The notes under the pieces: model-generated
The model's database searches: none
Told to the model about the DNA's origin: nothing
The model's input: the letters and a program-made list of their open reading frames with translations, nothing else
From: Rhizodiscina lignyota
Taxonomy: Eukaryota
NCBI GenBank assembly: GCA_010015805.1
Contig: ML978126.1
Coordinates: 1,054,001 to 1,118,000, forward strand
DNA: 64,000 nt
Reading direction: 5' to 3'
Program-made: the position numbers and the translations under genes
Part shown: piece by piece, positions 1 to 13,109 of the stretch
How the letters are laid out: each line of letters opens with the position of its first letter
Position numbering within the stretch: position 1 is the stretch's first letter

Positions 1-3000
1 ACAAATATCCGCCAGAGAGGAGCCGCCCAAGATCTTGAGAACCGGTATATCAACATGCACTTCTTTCAGGAACCACGATCTGATCTCTACCGCCACCAGA
101 GAGTCGATCCCTAGTTTCAATAGTTGCGCGCTTGGGTCGATCGCCTCGGCAGAGACTTGCAATATCATTGCGAACTTGTCTATGCAGGCGCCCAGCAAGA
201 CAGCCAAAGCCTCTTCACTATTGCGCACCGTAGCCAGTCGGCCCTGAATACTCTGTGAAGACTGAGCTTGGTTACCGTCGGCGTCCTCCGCGCCATGCTC
301 GTTGTGGACGTAGGTGGCGAAACGAGGATTGCTGTGCCACAGAGCATTGACTTCCTCTCCGATCCCAATGATGATTTCGGGGTCTTCCTTCGAATCCGGC
401 CGCCCCGCGACGATGGCTTCGGCAAAGATCTCATGGAATTCAGGCTCCGACATCCTCATGTATCCAAACTTATTCAGGTGTTCTTCGTACTGTTCGAGAT
501 TGCGCGCGACGAAGCCGATCCCGAGGAGGAAGGCAATGTCCATGATTGAAGCCGCGACGCCCCTCTGTCTGCGCTGGCGTGTCAGAGCGTGCATGTACAT
601 GTTCGCTGCGGCGTAGTTTGACTGCCCCGGGTTGCCCATCACACACGACAGTGAAGAGAAGCAGATAAAGAAGTCCAGCTGGGTGGAGTAGAACAGCTCG
701 TCCAAATTACGGGTTCCGTCAACCTTGGGTCGGAGCGCCACTTCGAAGTCTTCCAAGGACATGTTGGTGAATAGCTTGTCGTTCAGCACCATAGCAGCGT
801 TGGCGACGCCAGCAATAGGCGGCATCGTTGCGCATAGATCTCCGTAAATCCTCAATACCGCTTCCTTGTCTGAAATGTCGAGAGGAAGAACTCTGATATT
901 GGCACCTCTGCGCTGTAGGTCCTTTAGTACTTCCGCATCGACCTTTGGGTTGCGGCTCGTGATTGCAATATGCCTCGCTCCGTGAGTGACCATCCAGTCG
1001 CAAATAGATAAGCCGAGCTCGGAGGCTAGACCAACGAGGAGATATGTCTTATTCTCCGAGAAGAGGTTGAATGCGTTAAGAGGGCTAATTTTGATGTCCA
1101 CTGATTCGACTCCTTCCCACCTAAGAACCGTGGTGGGATATACCGGACCGGAGAGTCTCGCCACTTGGTTCACGGGAATGGGTTCATGGATGGCAACATC
1201 ATCTGCGACAAAACCGAGGCTTGGAGACGATCCGGAGCGCGTGGCAATCCTAATCATCTCCTCGCGGTCATAATTGAGCACTATGGGGTTCACATCATGC
1301 CCTTGGCCGATGATCCCTCTTGTCTCAACTTCGTGGTTAGAAGTGCGAGTAACATAGTCGACCAAGTTGTTGGCCTCCCCGAAGTTCACAAAGGCCTGAA
1401 TGTCTGTCGGAACGATGGATTGCAGTTCCCGGTCTGTGGCATACGGATGAATGAACGCCTGCGTAGAATTAGAGTCGCTTCCTGGTCCCGAAGATGTGCT
1501 TAAGAACACGATGACTCCTCGTTCGGCAGCCGCACAGGCAATGAGCTTAGCCAAAAACGGATCAGCATCATGGACCCAGATTGGTCCTTTGACATCCCAT
1601 ACGAGGCTTTCAGCGATGAGGGTTCCCAAGAGCGCCTGCGCATCTTTCACAGTATCAAACTCGCCGTCGAGAGGGACTATGTCCTCCTTACTCACGCTAA
1701 GAAGCGATCGAGGAGAGGCGGAGAATGTTACCACCTTACGGTGAGTTCCCACTACCGAACCGACACATACGTAACAGGGCTTTTGGTTGCTTGTTCTGAA
1801 AGGGAAGTACGATGAAGCGTGGATTTGGATCTGGACGGTCTCGGCCGCCAACGCCACTTTGGTCGAGTCCTCCACCTGTCGAAGTGTACGGGAGCCATTG
1901 GTATCGACAATTTCCACACAATTGGATGTGGGAGACATGGCGTAGGTGATATCTCTCCTCTCCGAGTTCAACCTGTTGTTCATCGTCTCGCTAGGAAGGA
2001 TCCTCGGGATGTAGAGGGCGCCTCCTTCGACAGCTAGCTCCCATTCGTCAACCCACAACACATCTCCAAAATCGGCAGAGTCCAGACACAGTGAGCGGAT
2101 GAGCGTCTCGGCAAATAGTAGAGGATCCAATGTACTGTGATGCAGTGCATCTACATCCAGGAACCGCAGACGGAGATCAGGCAGTTCTTGTAGGACGGAT
2201 CGGCCCACGCCCACGACCATGTTGGATAGCGGATTGTCCGCACGGCAGCCTTGCGTGACCCATAGGACATGTTTAGCGTCTTGGAACACCGCCTGCGCCC
2301 CGCGAAACTTCGCAGGATTAACATCCCCGAACATGGGCGCATCCAGCTCGGAGAGGACTAGCACCGCCGCTCCAGATGGGACCTGTTCGACGTCCTCTAG
2401 CCTCCGTGCCAAAGTAAATTCTGAGACGATCGGCTGAAGGAGACTTCGAGCTTTTTGCACTAGCTTCGCTACGCGTCGCGATTCTCCCCCAACGATGAGG
2501 AGGTTATCCAGATGCGGCATTCTGTCCATGCATGAGAGAGGGTCGCGCAGGATTTCAACGCGCTCATCGATGGCCTGGCTGACGATGAGCGAGGCGAGAT
2601 ATTTCTTAGGATCGTCGTGATCTCTGTACGCAGCATCCACACCGGAGAAGCCTGTTGCCAATAACTCCTCATTCCATCGATCTTCATCGACCGTGGGATG
2701 ATACATCCGGCCGTCGTCACGGCCAAGCCACCAGCCAGGAAGGTGGGAGGAGGTGAATTGCGGTGTGAGCCCATCGTTGGTCACTTCATTGAGGATCAGG
2801 AAGCCTCCAGGCTTCAGCAAACTGCGGCAGTGAGCCAAGGTCTCCGCCAGAGACTTGGTGGCATGTAAGGCATTCGAGGACATGATGACATCGTACGAAT
2901 GGTCTTCGAAACCCTGGTCGCGGGGGCTGGCCTCTATATCCAGCACTGCGTACTCCATCAGCGCCGAATGCTCGCTAAAGAGTGTTCTCGCACTCTCGAA

Positions 3001-6000
3001 GAAGCCTGCCGAGATATCAGTATATGTATACGAATGGCAGTAGCTCCCAAGGCCCTTGAGCATGTGGATAGTCGCGCCGCCCGTTCCTGCGCCGATCTCG
3101 AGGACTTTCATGTGCGGATAGCGGTGAGCCAACTGTTCCGACACGGCGGCGAGATGACTGTACGTCTGTCGGAATGGAACGGCCTCGGCGTACAGCCTCG
3201 TAAGCATGTCGTTTTGCATCATGACCTGCAGCGCCGGGAGCTCGCCTCGGAGAATAGCAGGCTGGACTTGGCCAAGCGCCGTTATCATCTCCAGCTCCAC
3301 CATCCCTGGATACTTATCCTTCAATTGCGTCAACTCCTCACGCGTATCTGCGGCCCATTCTTTTTTGATGCGCGGGTGCCGTCCTGCTTCGACCTTGGGG
3401 AGGAGGTAGTTCAGGATCCAGTCAATCTGGATTTGGAAATGGCCTTCTAGTTCAGGAATCTCACTGGGCGAAATTTCGTCGCGTAGTCTTCGTAAATAAT
3501 AGTATGCGAGGCGTTCACAAGTATCGACGTACTCAACCTCCTCAGCGGTCAGATACTGGATTTGCTTGGGCTCAATGCCACTTGCCACATCTCTCTTCCA
3601 AACCGTCTTTGCGAAGAGTTTTCGGTCGTTTTGCGGCGTTGCTTTCGTGAAGGAGGAGCATGTCAAGGCGCGCAGCTGAATCTGTGGGTGACCGTTTGCG
3701 GACGAGGTGATGTTTACATCTCCGGACATCACTTTCGAGGTGGCTTTTGTAAGATAGCAGTCGGCAACAAGTTCACCGCTGTCGACAGGAGATGCCGAAA
3801 ACTCCAGCGCCACGGGATTGATGCGGATGTGCTGCACATTGGTGGGTAGATATGGAGTCCACAGTCGGCCGTCGCCAGGGAACGCCAAGGCGGTAAAGAG
3901 GCCATGAAAAGCAGAATCGAGCGTTGCTGGATGGAGTCGAAGTCGAGAGTTGTCCACGCGCTTAAGTGTGACCGTAGAAACATTAAGTCTCCTCTGCACC
4001 GAGTCAACGGTGAAGTCGCCTGTATACCGAAGGCCAACTTGCTCCATGTATGAATAAAGCCGGTCAACGCTGACTGGCTTCATTGGCAATCTTGGTGGAT
4101 TCCGGGCTGGCAAAACATCAATGGCAGGCGTTCCAAGACGGATAATCGCACGGCCTGTGAAATTCATGTTCTCCAGTTCCTGGGCCGCATCCCCATCCAC
4201 CTTGCAACTGTAGCACGAATACTCAGCCACAATCTGTCCTGGAGAGCGACCTGTAACTCGTATTGTGAAGGTGACTTCTGTACCGGCTGAGTCCTCCTCG
4301 AGTGTGATGGCGCGATGTATGGCGAGGTCCTCCAGCTCGACAAGTCTGACTTCCTCTGATGTCGTGAGGCGCATTGCCGCTTCGTAAGCCATGGACACAT
4401 AACCAGCAGCAGGAAAGAGAATTTGGCCCTGAAACATGTGACCTCGCAGCCACTCCATCTCCTGTACTCTCATGACGTTGCGCCAGATCACCTCGCGTCC
4501 CCCGCCGTGTGATGTCGCCGATCCAAGAAGCTCATGGATCGGGCTTTCGCGGCTGCGGTACTGTCGCGATTTGCGCGACTCCCTCCACATATGCTTACTG
4601 TGGTCCCAGGCATAAGGCGGAAGACCCTTAAGAACCGTCCCTTGGCCGATACTATCTCCAAGACAGGCCTTCCGGAATCCGCTAAAGTCGACAACAGGCG
4701 AGAGGGAGAGGAAATTGGACCAGATAAATCCTAGAGCATCCGCGAAGGAGTCCATATCGTCCTTTCCTCTGCTGAGAACACCACAATATGGTATGTCCAA
4801 GCCTGTCAGCGTCTTGAGGCTCTCTGATGCAGGAGCCTTGAGCGCCGCGTGCGGTCCGACTTCGAGCGCAATGTCGTGGCAGTGCTCTTCAGTCACCGCT
4901 CTTTCGAGTGCCTGAGAGAATAGCACTGGCTTAGTCATGTTGTCAACCCAGTAGGTGTCGTTGAGAAGGGCCTTCTCGTCTATGCTCCTTCCGTTCGAGC
5001 CATACACACTTGAGTACCATTTACACCGCAGCTGGCCTTTTCGGACTCGAATATCACAATTTCTGAGCGATTCAAGGTATGGCCCCGCACATGGATTCAT
5101 ATGATGCGAGTGGTATGCTTTGTCGACTTTGAGCACCCTTGCAAATGTCTGTTCTTCGTTCAAGAGCTCCTTGGCCTCGTCGATGGCATCCGCGTCGCCG
5201 GACAAGGTAACACTGGACCTCGAATTGCTTGCAGCTACCTGGATTCTACCAGCAAACTGTTCTCTGGTGCAGAAAGCACGCGCCTGATCAAGGCTCATGC
5301 CAACCGCCATCATCTTGCCGCTGTTCAGTCCAGCTAGATGAGCATACACACCGCGGTAATATGCGATACGGATCGCGTCAGACGCTTCCAAGTAGCCAGC
5401 GGCGTAAGCTGCTGCAATTTCTCCCGATGAGTGGCCAATAACGGCACTAAAGGTAATGCCGGAGGCATGGAGCAAGTTAATAAGAGCAACCTGGAGGGCG
5501 GTGCACAAGGGCTGCGAAATTTCCGCCTCGTGTATCCTGGATCTCTCGACCGGAGCAGTGAGCTCCACTGCTAGCGACCATGACGGAGAATCAGGCAACC
5601 TCTGTAGTGATTCTTCGAGAGCATCGATCGACTGTTTAAAGACTGATGACTGCGCGTAAAGACTAGCGCCCATCGAAGGCCACTGCGCTCCTTGGCCTGT
5701 GAATATGCCCAGGATCCGCGGCGGTAAGTCCTCCGTGACGTGGATCGCTTTTGTTGCTATCGAGTTGTGCGGATGTTGCGCTGCTTTGGCCGCCAGATCA
5801 TCCAGCTTCTTCGCCAGCTCCTCAGCAGTCGATGAAGAGACGTACGTCTTGTAGGGAAGCTCTGTACGACGAGTTTGCAGGGTCCAAGCCAAGTTCGAGA
5901 GGTCCGTCGTCTGTCCAGTCTTCAAAGCGCCAGATAGGGACCGAGCTCCGGCCAGCAGCGCCGATTCTGAATTGGCCGACAGAACGAGCGGACCACATGG

Positions 6001-7629
6001 GAGCTTTGGAGAATAAGGGCTAGGCGTAGAGGTGCTCATTGTAGTTGCTTCCGGAGTCCAGCTCTCGAGTATTGCGTGCGCGTTGGTCCCCCCAAAACCA
6101 AAGCTGTTCACGCTTGCACGCCGTGGGACGCCCGGGGGCATGACTGGCCATGGCTTGATTTCTGTCGGTATGCAGAGATTGGTATAGAATGGAGCAACCC
6201 TGGGATTAAGTCTGTTGAAATGCATGTTCGGTGGGATCAGGCCGTGCTGAACCGCCAAAGAGGCTTTCAGTAGCCCTGCTAACCCAGCGGTGCCCTCCAA
6301 GTGGCCGATGACTGTCTTTACTGATCCAATGTAAAGGCGTTCCTCTGCGTCGACGCTAGTTCGTATGTCGTCTTCGTTATCGTCTTCTGGATCTTCAGTT
6401 GCAAAGAATGCACCTTGCACAGCCTCTGCCTCGATTGCTAAAAGAACGTAAGAATTGTGAAGCAATGGATCTTGTGGTGAGGTCAAGCATACGGTCTCCA
6501 GCCATGGTCCCCGTTCCATGAGCTTCAAAATACTGGCAGCGGTCTTCCTTCCTCCGACAATCCAGTCCAGCCCTAGCATAAGTAGAGCGAATCAGCGCCG
6601 TCTGCGACATGGCACTGGGCACAGTGATTCCAGACGTGCGCCCGTCCTGGTTGACACCAGTTTCCCTGACGATGCATTCGATATGATCACCGTCTGCGAT
6701 AGCCTGAGTAAGGGTTTTAAGGAAAACCGCAGCGAAGCCCTCGCCTCGCGCATAGCCGTCTGCGTCGGCATCCCACATGCGCGATCTACCCGTCGGAGAA
6801 AGCATGTGGAGCTGGAGTATGGTCAGAGATTAGCGATTCTTTCCCTTCTTCCTCACCCAAGCTTGTCTGGGGAAGGCTGAGCTAACGCACCTTAGATTCA
6901 AGGATATATGGGTCCGGTCCAAGAATCAGATTCACGCCAGCTGCCACAGCTAGATTCGACTCGCCGCTCCTGAGCGTTTGCACGGCATGATGTAAGGCCA
7001 CCAAACTCGATGAGCACGCCGTGTCAATGGTGGTCGAAGGGCCTTTCCAGTCGAAAAAGTACGATACTCGATTAGAGAGAATGGCCCTAGACAAGCCAGT
7101 GGCGGCATATTGAGGCACACTATCCACATCTCGTAACAGCAGGTCCGAGTAGTCCTGAGTCATTTGACCGACGAACACGGCTGTCTGTGTGCCCTGGAGC
7201 TCCTGAATCGAATATCCCGCAGCATCCATGCCTTCATAAACTGTCTCCAAAAGCATACGTTGCTGAGGATCCATTGATTCTGCCTCTTTGGGGTGGATTT
7301 TGAAAAAGTTGTTGTCGAACACGCGGTGATCCTCCGTAAGAAGGTAGGAATGAAGCACGTTGGTACTCTAGAGTTTCGGAGAGTCTGTCAGTGCTATGTG
7401 CTCACGAGAACTGCCAATATGCTCATACCCCATGATATTCACCGTTCTCGTGGTAGAATCCCTTGGCATTGAATCGACTGGGAGGAATTTCCACCAAGAC
7501 ATCCCTCGGGTTTTTCAACAACTCCCACAGCTTTGACGGAGAACTCGCACCTCCTGGAAACCTACAACTACTTCCAACGATAGCGATAGGTTCCGGTGTA
7601 GATCGAGATTCGGCCATGGTGATTGCCAT
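1..7629 (-). CDS. Highly reducing iterative type I PKS of LovB/PKS-NRPS-hybrid type (KS-AT-DH-cMT-ER0-KR-ACP...), 3' end outside the window
   Basis: Manual translation gives KS ([36 protein letters not shown]), AT ([11 protein letters not shown]), DH ([18 protein letters not shown]), cMT ([12 protein letters not shown]), a degenerate ER-like spacer at ~1200-1950, KR ([23 protein letters not shown]) and ACP ([15 protein letters not shown] near 100). ATG is at 7629 or 7617. Introns are 7368-7428, 6812-6890 and 6438-6492. The last exon (from 6437) is in frame with the ACP and runs off base 1, which explains its absence from the ORF track. Confidence 0.96.
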
Positions 7630-8218
7630 ATAGCGCAATTGTATACTTGGTCGGAGGTGAAAGGGGAATTTAGTAAAAGAGATGTCTAAAGAGGGTAATA
7701 GAGCACATCCAGGTGGTCCGTATATCGATAATGCCAAGCGTCTGAATATTGAAAAAGAAAGGCGATGCACGTAGTTTTGTTTCCCTTCTTCCCCTTTTTT
7801 GGTCGTAGGTCACTACCAGTGCATGGAATATCCGGTGGTCACGTGATTCCGCTCTCAACGGCACATTATTGACAAGTGGAGGGGCCGTGCTTTCGGATGT
7901 CGGTTCAATGCGCTTACTATGAATCCAGAATGGACTATCCCGGGGGAAATGTATTATGTTTATCTCATCCATAGCATAGCCCAGGGTACTCGGTGGAATA
8001 AGCTTACTATACTAAGGGGAATGGCTTGCTCTGTGGCTTGTCAGTCAAAACTGTCGATATGCTTAAATAAAGTATCAGGGTATGCTTAAAATAAAATATC
8101 AGGGGAGTCTATCAGGATAACACCGTGGAATGAACAATGGAATTGCACAAACTTCGGTCTGATTCTCCGAAACTGCGAATGACATACTAACAAAAACAAC
8201 ACCAACTACCAAAAAGAA
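7630..8218. promoter_or_regulatory. Divergent promoter shared by the PKS and the trans-ER
   Basis: About 590 bp lies between head-to-head ATGs. It contains an inverted TTCGG-N9-CCGAA (8153-8171) and a short tandem duplication. Confidence 0.6.
8058..8104. repeat. Imperfect 23/24-bp tandem duplication
   Basis: TATGCTTAAATAAAGTATCAGGG is followed directly by TATGCTTAAAATAAAATATCAGGG. Confidence 0.8.
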
Positions 8219-9402
8219 ATGAGAACTCGAAGCACGTTAGTAGGAAAGGACGTTGGTCAGTACGAGCTGGTCCACGATGTTCCAATTCCTCGCGCGCAAC
8301 CTGAGCAGGTCATCTGCAGGGTTGCAGCCATCGCGCTCAATCCTACGGATTGGAAGATGGTAGACTTCTCTGTGGTTCCTGGCGCAGTCGGTGGGCACGA
8401 CTTTGCCGGCGAGGTAATTGAGGTCGGAGAGCAGGTAACACGGCTTAAAAAGGGCGATCGCGTGTTCGCGCTAGCAATTGGGTTCAACTCGGACGACAAG
8501 GCCACTGGCGCATTCGCCGACTACGCCATCACTTTCGCCGACGGCGCCTGGAGGATTCCGGACTGGATGTCGTATGAAGAGGCATCCACATTTGGCGTTG
8601 GTATTGGTACGGCGATCCTGGCGCTCTATCAGACGTTGGGGTTGCCACCACCAGATATCGACGGTACCACAGCATGCAAAAGGAAGCAAAAGAAGCCGGG
8701 GTACGTGTTAGTCTCTGGCGGGTCCACAGCGACAGGCACTATTGCAATCCAGCTCTTGAAAGCGTAAGAAAATTCCTCTACCGTTATACCCCCATCCGTT
8801 GGATTCTTCGGAATGAGAGTTTTGGGAGGAGTAAAGTTTCATGAGGGAATAGGGCTGACAAAAGTCTCCGTAGCTCTGGCTTCGTCCCAATCGTCACTTG
8901 CTCCCGCCAGCACATGGATATGGTCAAGTCTCTCGGCGCTGCAGCAGCGTTCGACTACAGCTCACCGCAATGCGGAAGCGAGATCCGCAGGTATACGAGT
9001 GGCACGCTCGAGTATGCCCTGGACTGCATCACCGAGGCGGGCACAATGAAGATGTGCTATGAGGCCATCAGCTCCGCAGGCGGGCGCTATGTAGGACTCG
9101 AGCCTCTGCCCACACACGTCCAGTACACGCGGCGACAGGTGCGCGCGGACTGGGTCATCGGCCGCACGCTCGCTGGGCTGCCCGTACGATTGGACGGCGC
9201 CTACGGCCGGCCAGCAAGACCAGAGGATCGCGAATTTGCCAAGCGATATTTTCCCATGGCCGAGAAACTCATTGCAAAGGGTCTGTTGAAGCCGCACCCC
9301 CTTGAGGTACGCGACGGCGGTTTAGGGGCTCTGATGGACGGCATCGACGACCTCCGGAAGGGCAAAGTCCGGGGGAAGAAACTCGTATATCCGCTTGCAT
9401 AG
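8219..9402 (+). CDS. Trans-acting enoyl reductase (LovC-like, MDR/GroES fold)
   Basis: Motifs ALNPTDWKM, GHDFAGEV, GGSTATGTIAIQLLK, VKSLGAAAAFDYSSP and GKVRGKKLVY. One intron, 8764-8873. Sits head-to-head with an ER0 PKS. Confidence 0.93.
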
Positions 9403-10572
9403 CTAAGCCATTCAAGCTTCATGAGCATCAAAACGAAAACAATCAGCGGCGCCTCGCCTTGAGTTCAATAGTGCTCCAGGATCCGCTCAGTGGGACAGGG
9501 CCAATCCTTCGGCTGGATCGAGGTACAGAGCTCCTTCGGTCACCAAGGCTGCTCGTCGACAGGTCGAACAGTGGCTGTCAGCAAGAACAGATGTTGTATA
9601 CGACTTGATAGACCCATTACCTACGCATGTAGGAGGAGGCGGGGATATTAGGTTTAGGCTTTTTTTTGGGGGAATTCATGATGTCTGTTTCGGCTGCTTA
9701 CTAAGCGCCATACCAGGAGGTATGCTGTATATACACGTGATCAGAGAGACACGCATTTCAAACCCCGTTTACACCTCACTCCCCTTTTCAATAGCCACTG
9801 CCTTCGAACAGGTACTCTGTCAACATCTTAAAGTAGGGTTTGCCTCCTAGCTTCCTCCAGTTATGATCGGTTGACTTTTTCACCGCTCACGTGACAGCGC
9901 CAAGACTTTTCAAAAGACTTCGAAAAGGCAGCCACCCAGCCCAGCCAGAACCAAATAAGAAAACGGAAACGAGTGCAAGTCTGTACTCCGCCTTACGGCT
10001 GTAGCCGTTTGAAATCATAAGCAGCAAACCTCTCATCCAGCCCTCCAAGCTCCCCAGTCCCTTTGCTGTTTAGGATATCATACAGTTTGCATTCTTTGCA
10101 CAGTCTGTGAAAGGAGGATGTTTCGCGCGATGTCTCCTCAAATACTTAACCACTTTTACGACCTCCATCCTCCTGAACATAAAATAAATGGTATTTAATT
10201 TAATAAATCTTCTAAAATCTATCGGCAAGTCATTCATTTCAAGCGTAAGAGGAGGTAAATTTATAATCTGGAAGGCAAAGTGCAACTCACGACTTTTTGC
10301 AGACCGTAATGTAATGCCAGGTCTCCAGTCGAACTCTATGGCTCTAACATTTTTCTATTTATGGCCAACATATCAGAGCGTTCTCAGATTGATTCCCTGT
10401 CCAATCGTTTGATCGGAGCATACTTCTTCGGCGCTTTAGCGATACACACGACGAAAGACGCCGACAAAATGCGCCGACGCCGCTCCGCCCAGGATTGGGT
10501 ATTTCTTCACTATCGAGTGAAAATGAGGAGAACTGGAACTAGAACGAACAGCACAGAGGAGACCAATCCAAT

Positions 10573-11865
10573 ATGCAGAAGATAATCTCGTCAGAATTCG
10601 TCAATTTCGAATATCTCCGCGTCCTCGGGACAGCCCCTTTACAAGGCGCCGAGGTCGGAGAGTGCCTCGAGGCCGCGAAAAGAATCAAGAGCAATGATCC
10701 CGAGAGCTGGTACAGTGCTTGGTCCGACGCGGCCGCAAAGAGCGAGTGGATTGCGGGAACGGCGGTGCGGTCGGGGGATCGGGAGGCAGCTCGGTGGGCG
10801 TTCCTCCGCTCGTCAAACTATCGCCGCGCCAGCGAGTTCCTTCTACACCACAATCCAAACGACCCAAGACTTCTAGAGTCTACCACAAAGTCCGTCAGCA
10901 ACTTCAAGAAGGCGTGCAGACTTTTCGACAGCCCAGTCCACTTTCTCGAGATACCCTACGAGAAGAATGCTACGCTACCGGCTTACCTTTTCATGCCGAC
11001 GGCATCGTCGCTCCGTCCAGGTAAGGTGCCCGTCGTCATTAGCACGGGAGGCTTCGACTCGATCCAAGAGGAACTCTACTACTTTACCGCTTCGGGAGCA
11101 AGGACTAGAGGATATGCAACGCTCTCCTTCGAGGGGCCAGGCCAGGGAATCGTGGCCCGCCGGGATAAGCTCCGCCTGAGACCCGACTGGGAAGTGGTCG
11201 TCGGCAGAGTACTTGACTGGCTTCACACCGCCCCCAACGAACATCCAGAATGGAACCTGGACATGTCGCGCGTGGCGCTAGCCGGAGCATCCATGGGAGG
11301 CTATTTTGCGCTGAGGGGTGCAATGGACCCACGAATCGCCGCCTGCGTTTCCATCGACGGCTTTTACGATCTGGGGGCAGTGACGCGAGCGCGCGTCTCG
11401 GGACCCTTGATGAATGCTATAGAGAAACATTACCTGCCAGACGGCGTATTTAACGCGCTTCTGGGAATAGCCGCCGCACTCAGCTTCCAGAATGGTTGGG
11501 AGTTGGGACACGCTATTCTGGCAACAGGTATCATGTCACCGGTAGAGGTGATGCGCACCTGGGCTGGCTATACTATGGCGCTACCGGACGGCAAGTCTCG
11601 CCTGAGCCAGATCAAATGCCCAGTGCTGGTAGCGGGTGCGCGAGATAGTATTTATGTTCCGTTGGAAGAAGACGAGCGAATCTACAATGAGCTGGTGCGA
11701 TTTGAGGGATCTGATAAGAAACACGAGCTGTGGATTCCAACTGGTCCGGGCCAGGGATCGTTGCAGGCAAAGGTGGCGGCGTTGGCAAGTCTCCATACCA
11801 AGACGTTTGGTTGGCTTGATGATGTTTTTGGGATCAAAAGAGAGTCTCTCGTCGTGGATCAATGA
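10573..11865 (+). CDS. Alpha/beta hydrolase, FUS2/PsoB-like (2,6-dihydropseudooxynicotine hydrolase-related)
   Basis: Intronless 430 aa. Motifs RSSNYRRASEF, GGFDSIQEELY, FEGPGQG, LRPDWEVVV, nucleophile elbow GASMGGY, and C-terminal GPGQGSLQAK as recalled for hybrid-cluster hydrolases. Confidence 0.88.
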   Translation: MQKIISSEFVNFEYLRVLGTAPLQGAEVGECLEAAKRIKSNDPESWYSAWSDAAAKSEWIAGTAVRSGDREAARWAFLRSSNYRRASEFLLHHNPNDPRLLESTTKSVSNFKKACRLFDSPVHFLEIPYEKNATLPAYLFMPTASSLRPGKVPVVISTGGFDSIQEELYYFTASGARTRGYATLSFEGPGQGIVARRDKLRLRPDWEVVVGRVLDWLHTAPNEHPEWNLDMSRVALAGASMGGYFALRGAMDPRIAACVSIDGFYDLGAVTRARVSGPLMNAIEKHYLPDGVFNALLGIAAALSFQNGWELGHAILATGIMSPVEVMRTWAGYTMALPDGKSRLSQIKCPVLVAGARDSIYVPLEEDERIYNELVRFEGSDKKHELWIPTGPGQGSLQAKVAALASLHTKTFGWLDDVFGIKRESLVVDQ

Positions 11866-12375
11866 GCTTCATCTTCGTTTCAACGTACGACCGTCGGGTG
11901 GCACTCTTTACACGATATTTGCTTTTGGGATGGAATGTGAAAATTGAGGCACGGATACGCTTAGGCTATGAATTGGCTGGTTCTTTTGTAAAGTCTTGGG
12001 GACACAGAACCTAAATCACTCTTGTTTGTAAAGACGCTGGATGTGATCCACATGTGCATGACAGGTAGTGGGCTTGAATTTCTCAATTTGTGAGTTTTAT
12101 TTCCTCTCCATGGGGGATGGTCATCGCTTTGTCTCACCCTCGCTCGTTGGAGTAAGTATCGGTGGGTTTATCGGTGCGCCTCACGACACAGTCGCTGCAT
12201 TGTATGTAAAAGCGTGAGACAACCTCCTTAGCATTTCCATCGGTGAATATTTGCATGTTAACGGACATGGGCACTGTACGTGCATTCAAGAAAGCCCAAA
12301 TCAGACCTGCGTCTAGAACGGAGAAACCCAAAAGGAGCTCCACTGAAAAAGTAGAGGACACAATTTCGAATCAAC

Positions 12376-12876
12376 ATGTCCTCAATTTTTCATGCAACTA
12401 TGCTCCTCCGCATCGCACCTCTGGTCACCTCATCCTTTTGTATCTGGTTCGCCTGGGATCAGTACTTCTTTCTTCACCTGTTCACGACTCCTGAGATAAG
12501 GCCAAAAGCGGTTCCAGTCGTTGCACCGTATCTTCGGCGGTTCTATCCTGGCGCATCTGCGCGAGTCTTTGTCACCTGGATAGCCACCTTGTCAACGTCC
12601 ATCGCAAATATCACCGCAGACCGGCAGGCCCTAGACGCTAATCAGTCTCTGCGGTGGTACACGGCAGGTCTATGCCTAGCAGCGGGTCACGCCGTATTTG
12701 CGCCCATTATACTGCCTACAATTTGGAAGATCGTTAAGTTGGAGGATGGGCCAACAGGAGAAAGGGACATCATGAAGCTCCTAGCGACATGGCTAAGAAT
12801 TCACGCTGTTCGGTCTCTGACTGTTGATCTGGCAGCGTGGATTTGCTTCGTTGTGGCTGTCACGCGCCAAACTTGA
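12376..12876 (+). CDS. Small integral membrane protein, PydX/XenD-like putative oxidative tailoring protein
   Basis: 166 aa with about 4 hydrophobic segments. The LLRIAPL...FAWDQ and WLRIHAVRSLTVDLAAWICF pattern matches, from memory, the small membrane proteins of pyrrocidine/xenoacremone-type clusters. Confidence 0.65.
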   Translation: MSSIFHATMLLRIAPLVTSSFCIWFAWDQYFFLHLFTTPEIRPKAVPVVAPYLRRFYPGASARVFVTWIATLSTSIANITADRQALDANQSLRWYTAGLCLAAGHAVFAPIILPTIWKIVKLEDGPTGERDIMKLLATWLRIHAVRSLTVDLAAWICFVVAVTRQT

Positions 12877-13109
12877 CAACGAGGCTTGTCGTACATACAG
12901 ATATGGATTTGGGCGTGAGATCAATACGTCGTCATCGTCTTTTTAGCGTCATCTCTTCGATCATGCGGTAAATTGTATAATAATAACAGTGTGCTCTTCG
13001 GCAAAATGGGAATCAATGCCAACCCTCTCATTTTGAAAGTCAGCCCTCTCTCCTTCGCTTGCCTGACCCATCGATTTATGCAGCAGGTGCCAGGATCATA
13101 TTTTGATAT

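Noticed and set aside
1..6437. No long ORF in the track over the PKS body, which could suggest a pseudogene
   Set aside because: The motifs I translated are intact, and the ACP is in the same frame as the start of the last exon. The ORF simply has no stop inside the window, and the short ORFs listed here are shadow frames.
9600..10330. Protein-like fragments on the minus strand between the trans-ER and the hydrolase
   Set aside because: Interrupted by stops, with no family motif and no convincing exon structure. Cannot be supported as a gene or pseudogene.
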